This document shows positions 8,186-14,973 of a DNA stretch of 58,437 nucleotides, piece after piece (the first letter of the stretch is position 1; every line of letters starts with the position of its first letter). The DNA is from a candidate division WWE3 bacterium UBA1379 (GTDB taxonomy: Bacteria; Patescibacteriota; WWE3; UBA101185; UBA10185). The notes under the pieces were generated by a model that worked only from the letters and a program-made list of their open reading frames with translations, did no database searches and had not been told where the DNA came from. The stretch is taken from assembly GCA_002305475.1 (NCBI GenBank), contig DBRB01000001.1:1-58437 (forward strand), given 5' to 3'. The position numbers were made by a program, and so were the translations under genes.

Positions 8186-8234
8186 AGAGCCAGGTTTCAA
8201 AAACCTTGAGATCTGGCTCTAGTCTTTAATTTTT
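8186..8234 (+). terminator. terminator-like hairpin at the right edge of the GC-rich island
   Basis: AGAGCCAG (8186-8193) / CTGGCTCT (8213-8220) perfect 8 bp, 19-nt loop, followed by AGTCTTTAATTTTT. Confidence 0.45.
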
Positions 8235-8750
8235 ATGAAAAGAACACTTATCGAACCAACTAAATATATAAAAGAACTAATTAAACGTGAGAATGTAGGC
8301 AAAGGTGTAGTTGATATTTTAAAGTTCCAGAACAGTATTAAACTGGTGGATAAACACGAATTAATAAATAAACTTTTTAACCAGAGAACGGCGGAAGAAA
8401 TTTTAAAAGATGGTTTTGTAACCGGATGCACCGATGATGCCATTGTTTTTTTAGCACTCTTAAAGGCTCTAGGGGTAGAAGCTGTTTATGTTGAATCTCT
8501 CGAAAAAAGCTGGCTGGATGCACCTATGAATGAGCAGATGATTAGAGGACATGCATTTGTAAAAGTGGGAGAATTGTTAATCGACCCGCAACGTAAGGTA
8601 ATATACATAGATCCTAACTGGATAAAGAATCGTTACGTTATCTACGCAGAAGGAACCGAACCGTACGAATTTGGTTTAACAGGCTTCCGTGAGATGGTAC
8701 AAAAATTCATGGATTTCAAAGAATCTTACAAACAAAACAATAACAATTAA
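8235..8750 (+). CDS. transglutaminase-like cysteine peptidase superfamily protein
   Basis: Cys-His-Asp arrangement: GCTDDA ... RGHAFVKV ... LIDP, as in transglutaminase-core proteins. 171 aa. Confidence 0.5.
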   Translation: MKRTLIEPTKYIKELIKRENVGKGVVDILKFQNSIKLVDKHELINKLFNQRTAEEILKDGFVTGCTDDAIVFLALLKALGVEAVYVESLEKSWLDAPMNEQMIRGHAFVKVGELLIDPQRKVIYIDPNWIKNRYVIYAEGTEPYEFGLTGFREMVQKFMDFKESYKQNNNN

Positions 8751-8760
8751 TTATTTCCAG

Positions 8761-9051
8761 TTACATCAAGCCTAATTCACGCAGGAAACTTGGCAGAAAC
8801 ATATTTATAGCTGAAAGCGACATACCAATAATCGAAAGGTTTTTTAGTTTTGAAATCTGTTTAGTATCCAATATAAGTCTGTCTGATTTGGATAAAGCCA
8901 GTACGCAACCAGAATTTATCAATCCTAGCAATGGGCTTATCCAACTAACTAGGCATAAAAATGCCAACACGTTAGCAGTCCTAACGCTTTTTATATATTT
9001 TGAAAGAAATCCGCCTACCTTAATCCAGACGAAGAATAAAACCACTCTCAA
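8761..9051 (-). CDS. doubtful ORF (hydrophobic 96 aa, TTG start, no RBS)
   Basis: Only an alternative start codon, no Shine-Dalgarno, and a plus-strand hairpin plus T-run inside it. May be non-coding. Confidence 0.2.
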   Translation of the reverse strand: MRVVLFFVWIKVGGFLSKYIKSVRTANVLAFLCLVSWISPLLGLINSGCVLALSKSDRLILDTKQISKLKNLSIIGMSLSAINMFLPSFLRELGLM

Positions 9052-9129
9052 AGCAAGTTTGAGTGTTAGTAACTCATTTAGACTGATTAAATACTAAATT
9101 CCAAGTCCAACTAATACAGGAACAATTTT

Positions 9130-9282
9130 AAAAACTGTAGACTTTTTGTTTTCTTGCATGAATGCCTTTCCGGGTTGTCGAAATACAACAAGGGGCAACC
9201 CTCGTCTACAGCCGCTAAGCATTCAACCGCAGGGTTGCCCCTTGTTACGGTTGAATGCACCTTTCGGCTTTTAGCGGCTGTT
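9130..9282. other. GC-rich nested inverted-repeat element (candidate structured RNA switch or recombination site)
   Basis: Perfect helices: 9187-9202/9231-9246 (16 bp), 9208-9218/9271-9281 (11 bp), 9219-9229/9248-9258 (11 bp), 9135-9142/9204-9211 (8 bp). The first crosses the next two, so they are mutually exclusive. Confidence 0.55.
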
Positions 9283-9318
9283 AAATTATGAAATTATTAT
9301 ATCACCGGGGAAGGATAT

Positions 9319-9990
9319 TTAGTTAGATTTGGTGTTGTTAAGCAAAATCTTAACTTCCTTAACTTCGTTTACAACTGTTTTGTTTGATAGTTTTGATTTA
9401 ATAAATCTGGTGCTGTTTTGAACATACGTATTTTTATTATCCGGTGTATTGCTTATAGTTTCTTTTAGAAAAACTACTAGATCGTCGTATAACTTTTTCA
9501 AGTCAATGTAAATTATCAATGGATGCGGCAATTTAACACCACTAACAGATTTAACAGGCACGCCGTATTCTTCTATCTTGTGCGTGTTATGACCAAAGGT
9601 TAAATACCACGTGACTATTTGTAACCCAACCTCTATCTGAGCTGGTTCGTCCCCATGTATTAACGAGTGCCTATAGAGATGCATAAAGATGTTTGGAAAT
9701 GTGATGCCAAGTTTTGATAGTAACCAATCCCTTGAATTGATGCCTTTCTTTTTAGGCAATATTTGTGCAATGTGCTCGATTGTGGGAGTTAATAGCCGGA
9801 TCATGGCAAAATATCCGAACTGGTAATTATTAGCAGCAGCTAGTTGTAAATAGCTTCCGGTGTCTTTCTCCAGTCTTTGTAAAATACCATTCAATTCTTG
9901 TTTCAGGGACTTTTTGTACTTGTAATAAATGATGCCCCGATCCTTCGAACGTTGAAGTTTTCGGTTTTTATATTCCGGATGCCTTGCCAT
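9319..9990 (-). CDS. hypothetical protein with an Rx4H (HEPN-like) motif
   Basis: 223-aa ORF. LYRHSLIHG (R107-H112) fits the HEPN ribonuclease signature R-[NHD]-x3-H. Its start lies 2 nt after the stop of the upstream ATPase remnant. Confidence 0.45.
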   Translation of the reverse strand: MARHPEYKNRKLQRSKDRGIIYYKYKKSLKQELNGILQRLEKDTGSYLQLAAANNYQFGYFAMIRLLTPTIEHIAQILPKKKGINSRDWLLSKLGITFPNIFMHLYRHSLIHGDEPAQIEVGLQIVTWYLTFGHNTHKIEEYGVPVKSVSGVKLPHPLIIYIDLKKLYDDLVVFLKETISNTPDNKNTYVQNSTRFIKSKLSNKTVVNEVKEVKILLNNTKSN

Positions 9991-9992
9991 GG

Positions 9993-10470
9993 TTATTTTG
10001 CTTTCAGGCTGTATTTATATACTCTTTTGTTGAAAGCCTCTTCCCCGCCTTCAAGAATCTCACAAGCATGTTCTCTGATACCACATTTTTCTAAAACGCA
10101 ATCTACCTTAACTGTAGGCTTCGTGTTCTCTAATGATCCTGAACAATAGTCGAAAAGTTGTCCGTTTCTATTCTTTCGATCAGAATCGTGTCGGTTTGCC
10201 ACAATCAGTTGTTCTGCATCGGCGCCTACAACTAAATTGGCATTATGGCTAACCATTATTATTTGTCTTTCTTTTTTCTTTTCCTTTAAAAACGCGACAA
10301 TGCTTTCATAAATTGATCGACTATCCAAATCGTCTTCCGGCTGATCTATTAAAAGAGGCCATGTATCTGTCGATTCATCTCAGAAGTATTAAACCTTGAA
10401 ACTGAACGAGTCGGAATGGAAGAATGCTTTGTCTGTGCAGAAAACGGCGTGTTGAAAAATATCGTTCCTA
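9993..10470 (-). pseudogene. 5'-truncated, frameshifted ABC/SMC-type (RecF/OLD-like) ATPase remnant
   Basis: Only the C-terminal part survives: WPLLIDQPEDDLD (Walker B/D-loop), QIIMVSHNANLV (H-loop), ILEGGEEAF tail. A TGA lies just upstream in frame, and a signature-like FSAQTK is in another frame. It runs up to the tRNA-Phe 3' end. Confidence 0.6.
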
Positions 10471-10472
10471 CA

Positions 10473-10548
10473 TGGTGGAGCAGGTGGGAATCGAACCCAC
10501 ATAGCCGGTTTTTCAGACCGGTGCCGTGACCAACTTGGCTACCGCTCC
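10473..10548 (-). tRNA. tRNA-Phe (anticodon GAA), CCA encoded
   Basis: Reverse complement is GGAGCGGTAGCCAAGTTGGTCACGGCACCGGTCTGAAAAACCGG...GGTTCGATTCCCACCTGCTCCACCA. Anticodon loop CTGAAAA. Confidence 0.85.
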
Positions 10549-10639
10549 ATGCAAGCATACTAATAACGTAGCTATTTTATCAGTTCTTTTAACTTTTTTC
10601 TATGGATAGTATGATAATAGAAATAATTGTTTTAATGAT

Positions 10640-10715
10640 TGGAGCGAGAGACGGGGCTCGAACCCGCGACCTTCTCCATGGCAAGGAGATGCTCTACCAA
10701 TTGAGCTACTCTCGC
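10640..10715 (-). tRNA. tRNA-Gly (anticodon GCC), CCA encoded
   Basis: Reverse complement is GCGAGAGTAGCTCAATTGGTAGAGCATCTCCTTGCCATGGAGA...GGTTCGAGCCCCGTCTCTCGCTCCA. Confidence 0.9.
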
Positions 10716-10747
10716 AAATAGCACAAGTATTTTATCACAAGGAAGGC

Positions 10748-12451
10748 TTACCAGCTACCGCCTCCGCCACCCCCACCTCCTCCGCCGGAAAATCCTCCTC
10801 CGGATGACCCACTTCTGGTAGTGGATATGGAGGAACTGGCTGCCTGCGAAAAACTGTGAGATAAGGCACTAAATGATGAAAAGCTAAATGCCTGTCCACT
10901 TGAGCTTTCATACCATTCTGGTTGCTGGATCTTAATATCTGAAAATCTTTTTATCCAGACATCCTCTACACCGAATGCAGTAGCATAAGGTAAAAGCTTT
11001 TCAAAAAACATCTGATTCTGGGCCTGAAAGTCCAGTTTTTCATCCTGAGAAACCAGAAATTTTTTCAGAGATTTTGCTTCGCCATATTTTTCTATACCCA
11101 GCTGAGTTCTTTTTGCGGTTTGAGATGCCAGGTATGCTGCAATAATCATAAAGATATTCAGTGTAGGAAAAGCTAAACCGAACAGTACCATGAATAATGT
11201 ATGTGTTTTTTGAGGATTTTCTTTAAATAATCCCTTCATAATCAATCCTTGGGTAACTTTTTCCTGAAAAGTAAGTAAGGAAGTACCAAACGCCCTATTT
11301 TTTGAGAGTTCGTTGATACTAACTACATTGTTATTGCTTTTACTATGAATATTTATAAAAAGGTACTCCTCAAAGTTAGATAAGCCTTCCGCACTGTCTT
11401 TTAGAAAATGCAGTTCATAGTCATCTTTACCGAATATCCCTGATTTCGGTTTACTAACAATTTTCCAATACCCCTTTTGGGCCATCTGGATAATTGTTGC
11501 TGTAATATCCTTATGATCTACTGTTTTATCAAGTAATACCGATGTTTCAGCCGGAGACAAAAACTTATTATTCTTATCTTTAGGAGGATCAAACCAGGCA
11601 GCTACTACTCTGGCATTCTGGTTCTCTTTCCTATATGAGATATATCTGGCAATAAATATAATAGGAAGAACTAAATACCATGCAATTGCAGCTAAACCTA
11701 GAAAGATCCACAGTAATATTTGTCCGACTCCCGGTTTTTCCTCCTCCGGCATTAATATCGTCACATTTCCTTTTGGAAAACCTGTGGCGACAGTAAACCC
11801 TTCTCCGGGTCCCAATGGTTTAGTTAATGTGTAAGATACGGTTTTTGTTATCTGGTCATATCTGAACGTACAGGCAGTCTCCTGTGACCCGTAGGCACCC
11901 GTATAGCAGCTGTTTTGAATTTCATCTTCTGTAAAATTATTCGGAAGAATAACCTGAACACTCGATCTTTCTATGGGGATTTCCCAGTCAGTTCCAATAG
12001 CATCCCAGTATATTTCATCATATTCAGCGAAATATCCTAAAGCACCTGATACTTTATACTCTACGTGATAAGTAATATTCCCCGTAACGGTTTTGTTCGG
12101 ATCTCCTATTTTTAGGACAATATCACCATTCTCTTTGCTAACCCGATACTTTATGGATCTTCCTTGCGGATCTGTAACCGAATAATTGCTTAACTTCATG
12201 GCCAGGGTTTTACCGGCTTCATCGTTTAATCTATAGGGAATTTTTCTGAATATTCCATGCCTGTCATCCGGAAAGAAATATTCAATATCTTCCGACACAT
12301 TTATTGTTCCGTCGGTGTTAATCCTAATATCTACATTATATGAATTTATTTTTTCTATTGATGTGTCTAAAGCAAAAACACCGGATGTGTAAAAAATAAA
12401 TAATGGAATGGAAAGAATTACAGAATATAAGAATATTTTAAATGTTTTCAT
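10748..12451 (-). CDS. DUF2207-like membrane protein with a poly-Gly C-terminal tail
   Basis: 567 aa. Signal/anchor, large extracytoplasmic N-domain, several TM segments, and a terminal SGGGFSGGGGGGGGGGSW typical of DUF2207 proteins. Confidence 0.65.
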   Translation of the reverse strand: MKTFKIFLYSVILSIPLFIFYTSGVFALDTSIEKINSYNVDIRINTDGTINVSEDIEYFFPDDRHGIFRKIPYRLNDEAGKTLAMKLSNYSVTDPQGRSIKYRVSKENGDIVLKIGDPNKTVTGNITYHVEYKVSGALGYFAEYDEIYWDAIGTDWEIPIERSSVQVILPNNFTEDEIQNSCYTGAYGSQETACTFRYDQITKTVSYTLTKPLGPGEGFTVATGFPKGNVTILMPEEEKPGVGQILLWIFLGLAAIAWYLVLPIIFIARYISYRKENQNARVVAAWFDPPKDKNNKFLSPAETSVLLDKTVDHKDITATIIQMAQKGYWKIVSKPKSGIFGKDDYELHFLKDSAEGLSNFEEYLFINIHSKSNNNVVSINELSKNRAFGTSLLTFQEKVTQGLIMKGLFKENPQKTHTLFMVLFGLAFPTLNIFMIIAAYLASQTAKRTQLGIEKYGEAKSLKKFLVSQDEKLDFQAQNQMFFEKLLPYATAFGVEDVWIKRFSDIKIQQPEWYESSSGQAFSFSSFSALSHSFSQAASSSISTTRSGSSGGGFSGGGGGGGGGGSW

Positions 12452-12458
12452 TTTTGTA

Positions 12459-12545
12459 TGGTGGGCGAGACAGGACTTGAACCTGCACGGGTTTTACCCC
12501 ACAACGACCTCAACGTTGCGCGTATACCAATTCCGCCACTCGCCC
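12459..12545 (-). tRNA. tRNA-Leu (anticodon GAG), long variable arm, CCA encoded
   Basis: Reverse complement is GGGCGAGTGGCGGAATTGGTATACGCGCAACGTTGAGGTCGTTG + variable arm + GGTTCAAGTCCTGTCTCGCCCACCA. Confidence 0.9.
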
Positions 12546-12605
12546 AAAAAGTCTTTGCAGACAGTATTATACAATAAAAACACTCAAAGGTCAGTCACTG
12601 ATATA

Positions 12606-13550
12606 ATGATAGGTATGAGTCTAAAAGAACAGAATATTTCTCTGGATAACTACACATATCAATATTACAGCAGTACATACAGGGAAAACTTCCCAGTATT
12701 AATCATGCTTCATGGAATTGCCGCTAGTAAAGATTTTATGATGGAATTAGCCAACACTCTTAGTGAAACATATAATTGTTTTCTTCTTGATCTTCCAGGT
12801 CACAATGGTTTAGAACTAAACGGTATTGAAAAGTTTGATGATTTTGCCGAGTATTTAAAGAAATTTATCTCATACATCAACCCGAAGGAGTTTTGCATTT
12901 TAGGATATTCACTTGGCGGTATGATAGCCTTAAAGTATGCTGAAAACTATGCTGACATTGATATGCCAAAATTATCTAAGGTTGTAGTCTGGTCCAGTCC
13001 TGTATTGGGTTTTAATAACGGATTAAGTACCCTTGTTAAAGCATCCCTTCCAATAGTGAACAGCATTCCAAATGATTTATTTGATTCAGTGGCAAAAAAT
13101 AAAAAAATCATTGAATATCTTAATCAGGCACTTAAAATTGCAGGGACGTACGGTCCCGTTCCTGTTGAACCGTTATCTAAATTCAGTCTAGAAAATGCTA
13201 AAAGAATCATCAATATATCTACACTGGTAAACTTTGAAATAAACTTACATACCCCGGTTTTATATATCTTTGATAAATATGATCCGATCGTCCATCCAAA
13301 AAATTACCTGTATGTAAATAATAATCATAACCCTACAACCTCTAAAGTAGTACTAGTTAACCGTGGTGGACATTTTAAAAACAGAAATGGTTTTTCAAGG
13401 GTAAAAGAGGAAATTGGAAAGTTTTTAGAAACTAATAATAAGATATCTGGTGCCGAAGGTGGGACTCGAACCCACACTCCCTTACGGGAACTGCCTCCTG
13501 AAGACAGCGAGTCTGCCAATTCCTCCACTTCGGCTTACGCCCAGAAATAA
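12606..13550 (+). CDS. alpha/beta hydrolase fold protein
   Basis: GYSLGG nucleophile elbow; HG oxyanion region (IMLHGIA). Start set to ATG 12606, downstream of tRNA-Leu(GAG). The last ~34 codons run antisense through tRNA-Leu(CAG). Confidence 0.65.
   Translation: MIGMSLKEQNISLDNYTYQYYSSTYRENFPVLIMLHGIAASKDFMMELANTLSETYNCFLLDLPGHNGLELNGIEKFDDFAEYLKKFISYINPKEFCILGYSLGGMIALKYAENYADIDMPKLSKVVVWSSPVLGFNNGLSTLVKASLPIVNSIPNDLFDSVAKNKKIIEYLNQALKIAGTYGPVPVEPLSKFSLENAKRIINISTLVNFEINLHTPVLYIFDKYDPIVHPKNYLYVNNNHNPTTSKVVLVNRGGHFKNRNGFSRVKEEIGKFLETNNKISGAEGGTRTHTPLRELPPEDSESANSSTSAYAQK
13448..13534 (-). tRNA. tRNA-Leu (anticodon CAG), long variable arm, CCA encoded
   Basis: Reverse complement is GCCGAAGTGGAGGAATTGGCAGACTCGCTGTCTTCAGGAGGCAG + variable arm + GGTTCGAGTCCCACCTTCGGCACCA. 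Confidence 0.9.
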
Positions 13551-13601
13551 TAAGGCTATTTTATCTTTATATCAATACTTTGGCAATTTGGGATAAATAT
13601 G

Positions 13602-14309
13602 CTAAAAGTACTCTCTTATGAAAAGATATCCCAGAGTAGATATACCGTTAATAATGACATGTATGACTATTCCGGGAACAATTGATCCTGTTCTTCGGTA
13701 TAAAAATGCTAACATCAAACTTAGAATTAAGATAGGAATAAAAACTGTCGGAATCTGGTGTAATAATGAGAAAAGTATTGAACTTGAGAGAGCAGCTGTA
13801 ATAAATCCGAATCTATTCCAGAAATAATTTAAAAGAAATCCTCTAAACAATAGTTCTTCCGTTAAAGGAGCTAAGAAAACTACAAAGAATATCAGAAAGG
13901 CATTATTATTTAAACTATCAAACAAAGGGAGTAAATAATTTGATTGATGATAGTCAACAAGGCCTAAAATTAATATTATGACATTATAGAAGATATTGAA
14001 TATATAAAACACACCCAGATAACCAAGTCCATGAAGCATGTCAATAATCTTGATTTTTCTCAGGCCAAGATCCGAAAAAGAGTAATTCTTTGTTCCTAAC
14101 ACAGCAAGTACTATATATATTAAAATAAGCAGATCGAATACGGCAGATAAGATAAAAAGCTGTGTTACCGTAAGATCTACAGGCAGACGGTATTTAATGA
14201 CGGTAATCATTACCATAATAGTTAATAGGAATAGACCTATCGAATTGAATCCCTTGCTAAATATTTTTGGTTTATTTAATTCGAATCTATTATTACTCAT
14301 CTTGAGCAT
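13602..14309 (-). CDS. CPBP family intramembrane glutamic endopeptidase (CAAX protease-like)
   Basis: TEELLFRGFLL, FSLLH and HVIINGI motifs in a polytopic membrane protein. Confidence 0.75.
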   Translation of the reverse strand: MLKMSNNRFELNKPKIFSKGFNSIGLFLLTIMVMITVIKYRLPVDLTVTQLFILSAVFDLLILIYIVLAVLGTKNYSFSDLGLRKIKIIDMLHGLGYLGVFYIFNIFYNVIILILGLVDYHQSNYLLPLFDSLNNNAFLIFFVVFLAPLTEELLFRGFLLNYFWNRFGFITAALSSSILFSLLHQIPTVFIPILILSLMLAFLYRRTGSIVPGIVIHVIINGISTLGYLFIREYF

Positions 14310-14362
14310 AATACACGATAATATTAAGAGTAACTAATTATTATGAGAAAATATTGAAAGAT

Positions 14363-14395
14363 TGGTGGGGGAAACTTTATGACCTCGAATTAAAC
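14363..14395 (-). other. possible degenerate tRNA-Val 3'-half relic
   Basis: TGGTGGGGGA is identical to 2675-2684, followed by ACTTTATGACC-TCGAA versus ACTTATGACCCCTCGGA in tRNA-Val, with the T-arm segment deleted. Confidence 0.3.
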
Positions 14396-14472
14396 ACTTT
14401 TGACGAGTTCCAATGGGTTCTGACTTTTAGTAACTTATACGTTTAGTATTTATTATGAACAGGTAAATTAGA

Positions 14473-14503
14473 GGTCACACTAAGAATATTTTCTTGTGTG
14501 ACC
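14473..14503 (-). terminator. hairpin downstream of the 14525-14713 gene
   Basis: GGTCACAC (14473-14480) / GTGTGACC (14496-14503) perfect 8 bp, 15-nt loop. Only a weak T-rich tail on the minus strand. Confidence 0.35.
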
Positions 14504-14524
14504 TTGGGATAGGGTACTTATACG

Positions 14525-14713
14525 TCACTTTACAACTATGGCGAGATCATATCCTCGTGTTTTAAGATATGCTAGTACTTTGTCGGTGCCTTCCGCTGGT
14601 TCTACCTTTATCTTACCTGATCCAATGTCAACCGGAATAATTTTACAGTTTAGTTCCCTACTCGTTTCACTCATGATCGCTTGGTTGTATGTTCCCCACA
14701 AAACTATAATCAT
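14525..14713 (-). CDS. small hypothetical protein (62 aa)
   Basis: AAAGGAG lies 8 nt upstream of the ATG. Composition is globular, not low-complexity. Confidence 0.5.
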   Translation of the reverse strand: MIIVLWGTYNQAIMSETSRELNCKIIPVDIGSGKIKVEPAEGTDKVLAYLKTRGYDLAIVVK

Positions 14714-14830
14714 TCTACTACTCCTTTTCTTGGAATATGAAGGGGGTTGATAATAAATCTATAGGCCTTGTTGTACTGACAAATGTATTATAGAACAAAA
14801 GGAAAATAACACCTATAGGTTTGTTTATTT

Positions 14831-14905
14831 TGGTGAAGGCGGTGAGATTCGAACTCACGACCAAGGGATTAAGAGTCCCCTGCTCTACCACTGAGCTACG
14901 CCTCC
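14831..14905 (-). tRNA. tRNA-Lys (anticodon CUU), CCA encoded
   Basis: Reverse complement is GGAGGCGTAGCTCAGTGGTAGAGCAGGGGACTCTTAATCCCT...GTTCGAATCTCACCGCCTTCACCA. Confidence 0.9.
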
Positions 14906-14973
14906 AGTATTGTGAAAAGAGCCTGATAACTTTGATATTTTACAACAAAACTGAAATTATTTGAATATACCGC

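Noticed and set aside
7360-8209. Long ORFs 7360-7773(-), 7404-7589(-), 7614-7838(+), 7796-8209(+) and 7816-8124(-) inside the island.
   Set aside because: All overlap the radical SAM frame, which has clear catalytic motifs. Stop-poor alternative frames are expected in ~50% G+C DNA, and none has an RBS or a recognisable motif.
8888-9097. 69-aa plus-strand ORF in the ORF-poor gap.
   Set aside because: It has a TTG start and no RBS, overlaps the equally weak minus-strand ORF, and contains the terminator-like hairpin at 8970-8992.
9130-9282. Assignment of the nested-helix element to a known RNA: SRP RNA, RNase P RNA, tmRNA, 6S RNA, group II intron domain V, retron msr/msd, or guanidine/fluoride riboswitches.
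   Set aside because: None of the diagnostic conserved motifs I remember for these families is present. There is no reverse transcriptase or TnpB/IscB gene nearby, and the perfect 16-22-bp helices are unlike typical riboswitch aptamers. A proper covariance-model scan is still needed.
10349-10558. 69-aa ORF overlapping tRNA-Phe on the same strand.
   Set aside because: It reads through the tRNA gene itself. Its downstream part is better explained as an out-of-frame remnant of the truncated ATPase.
12408-12605. N-terminal 66 codons of the 380-aa ORF 12408-13550.
   Set aside because: This part is the antisense of tRNA-Leu(GAG) plus spacer (…WWARQDLNLHGFYPTTTSTLRVYQFRHSP…). The hydrolase domain starts after ATG 12606, so the extension is an open-frame artefact.
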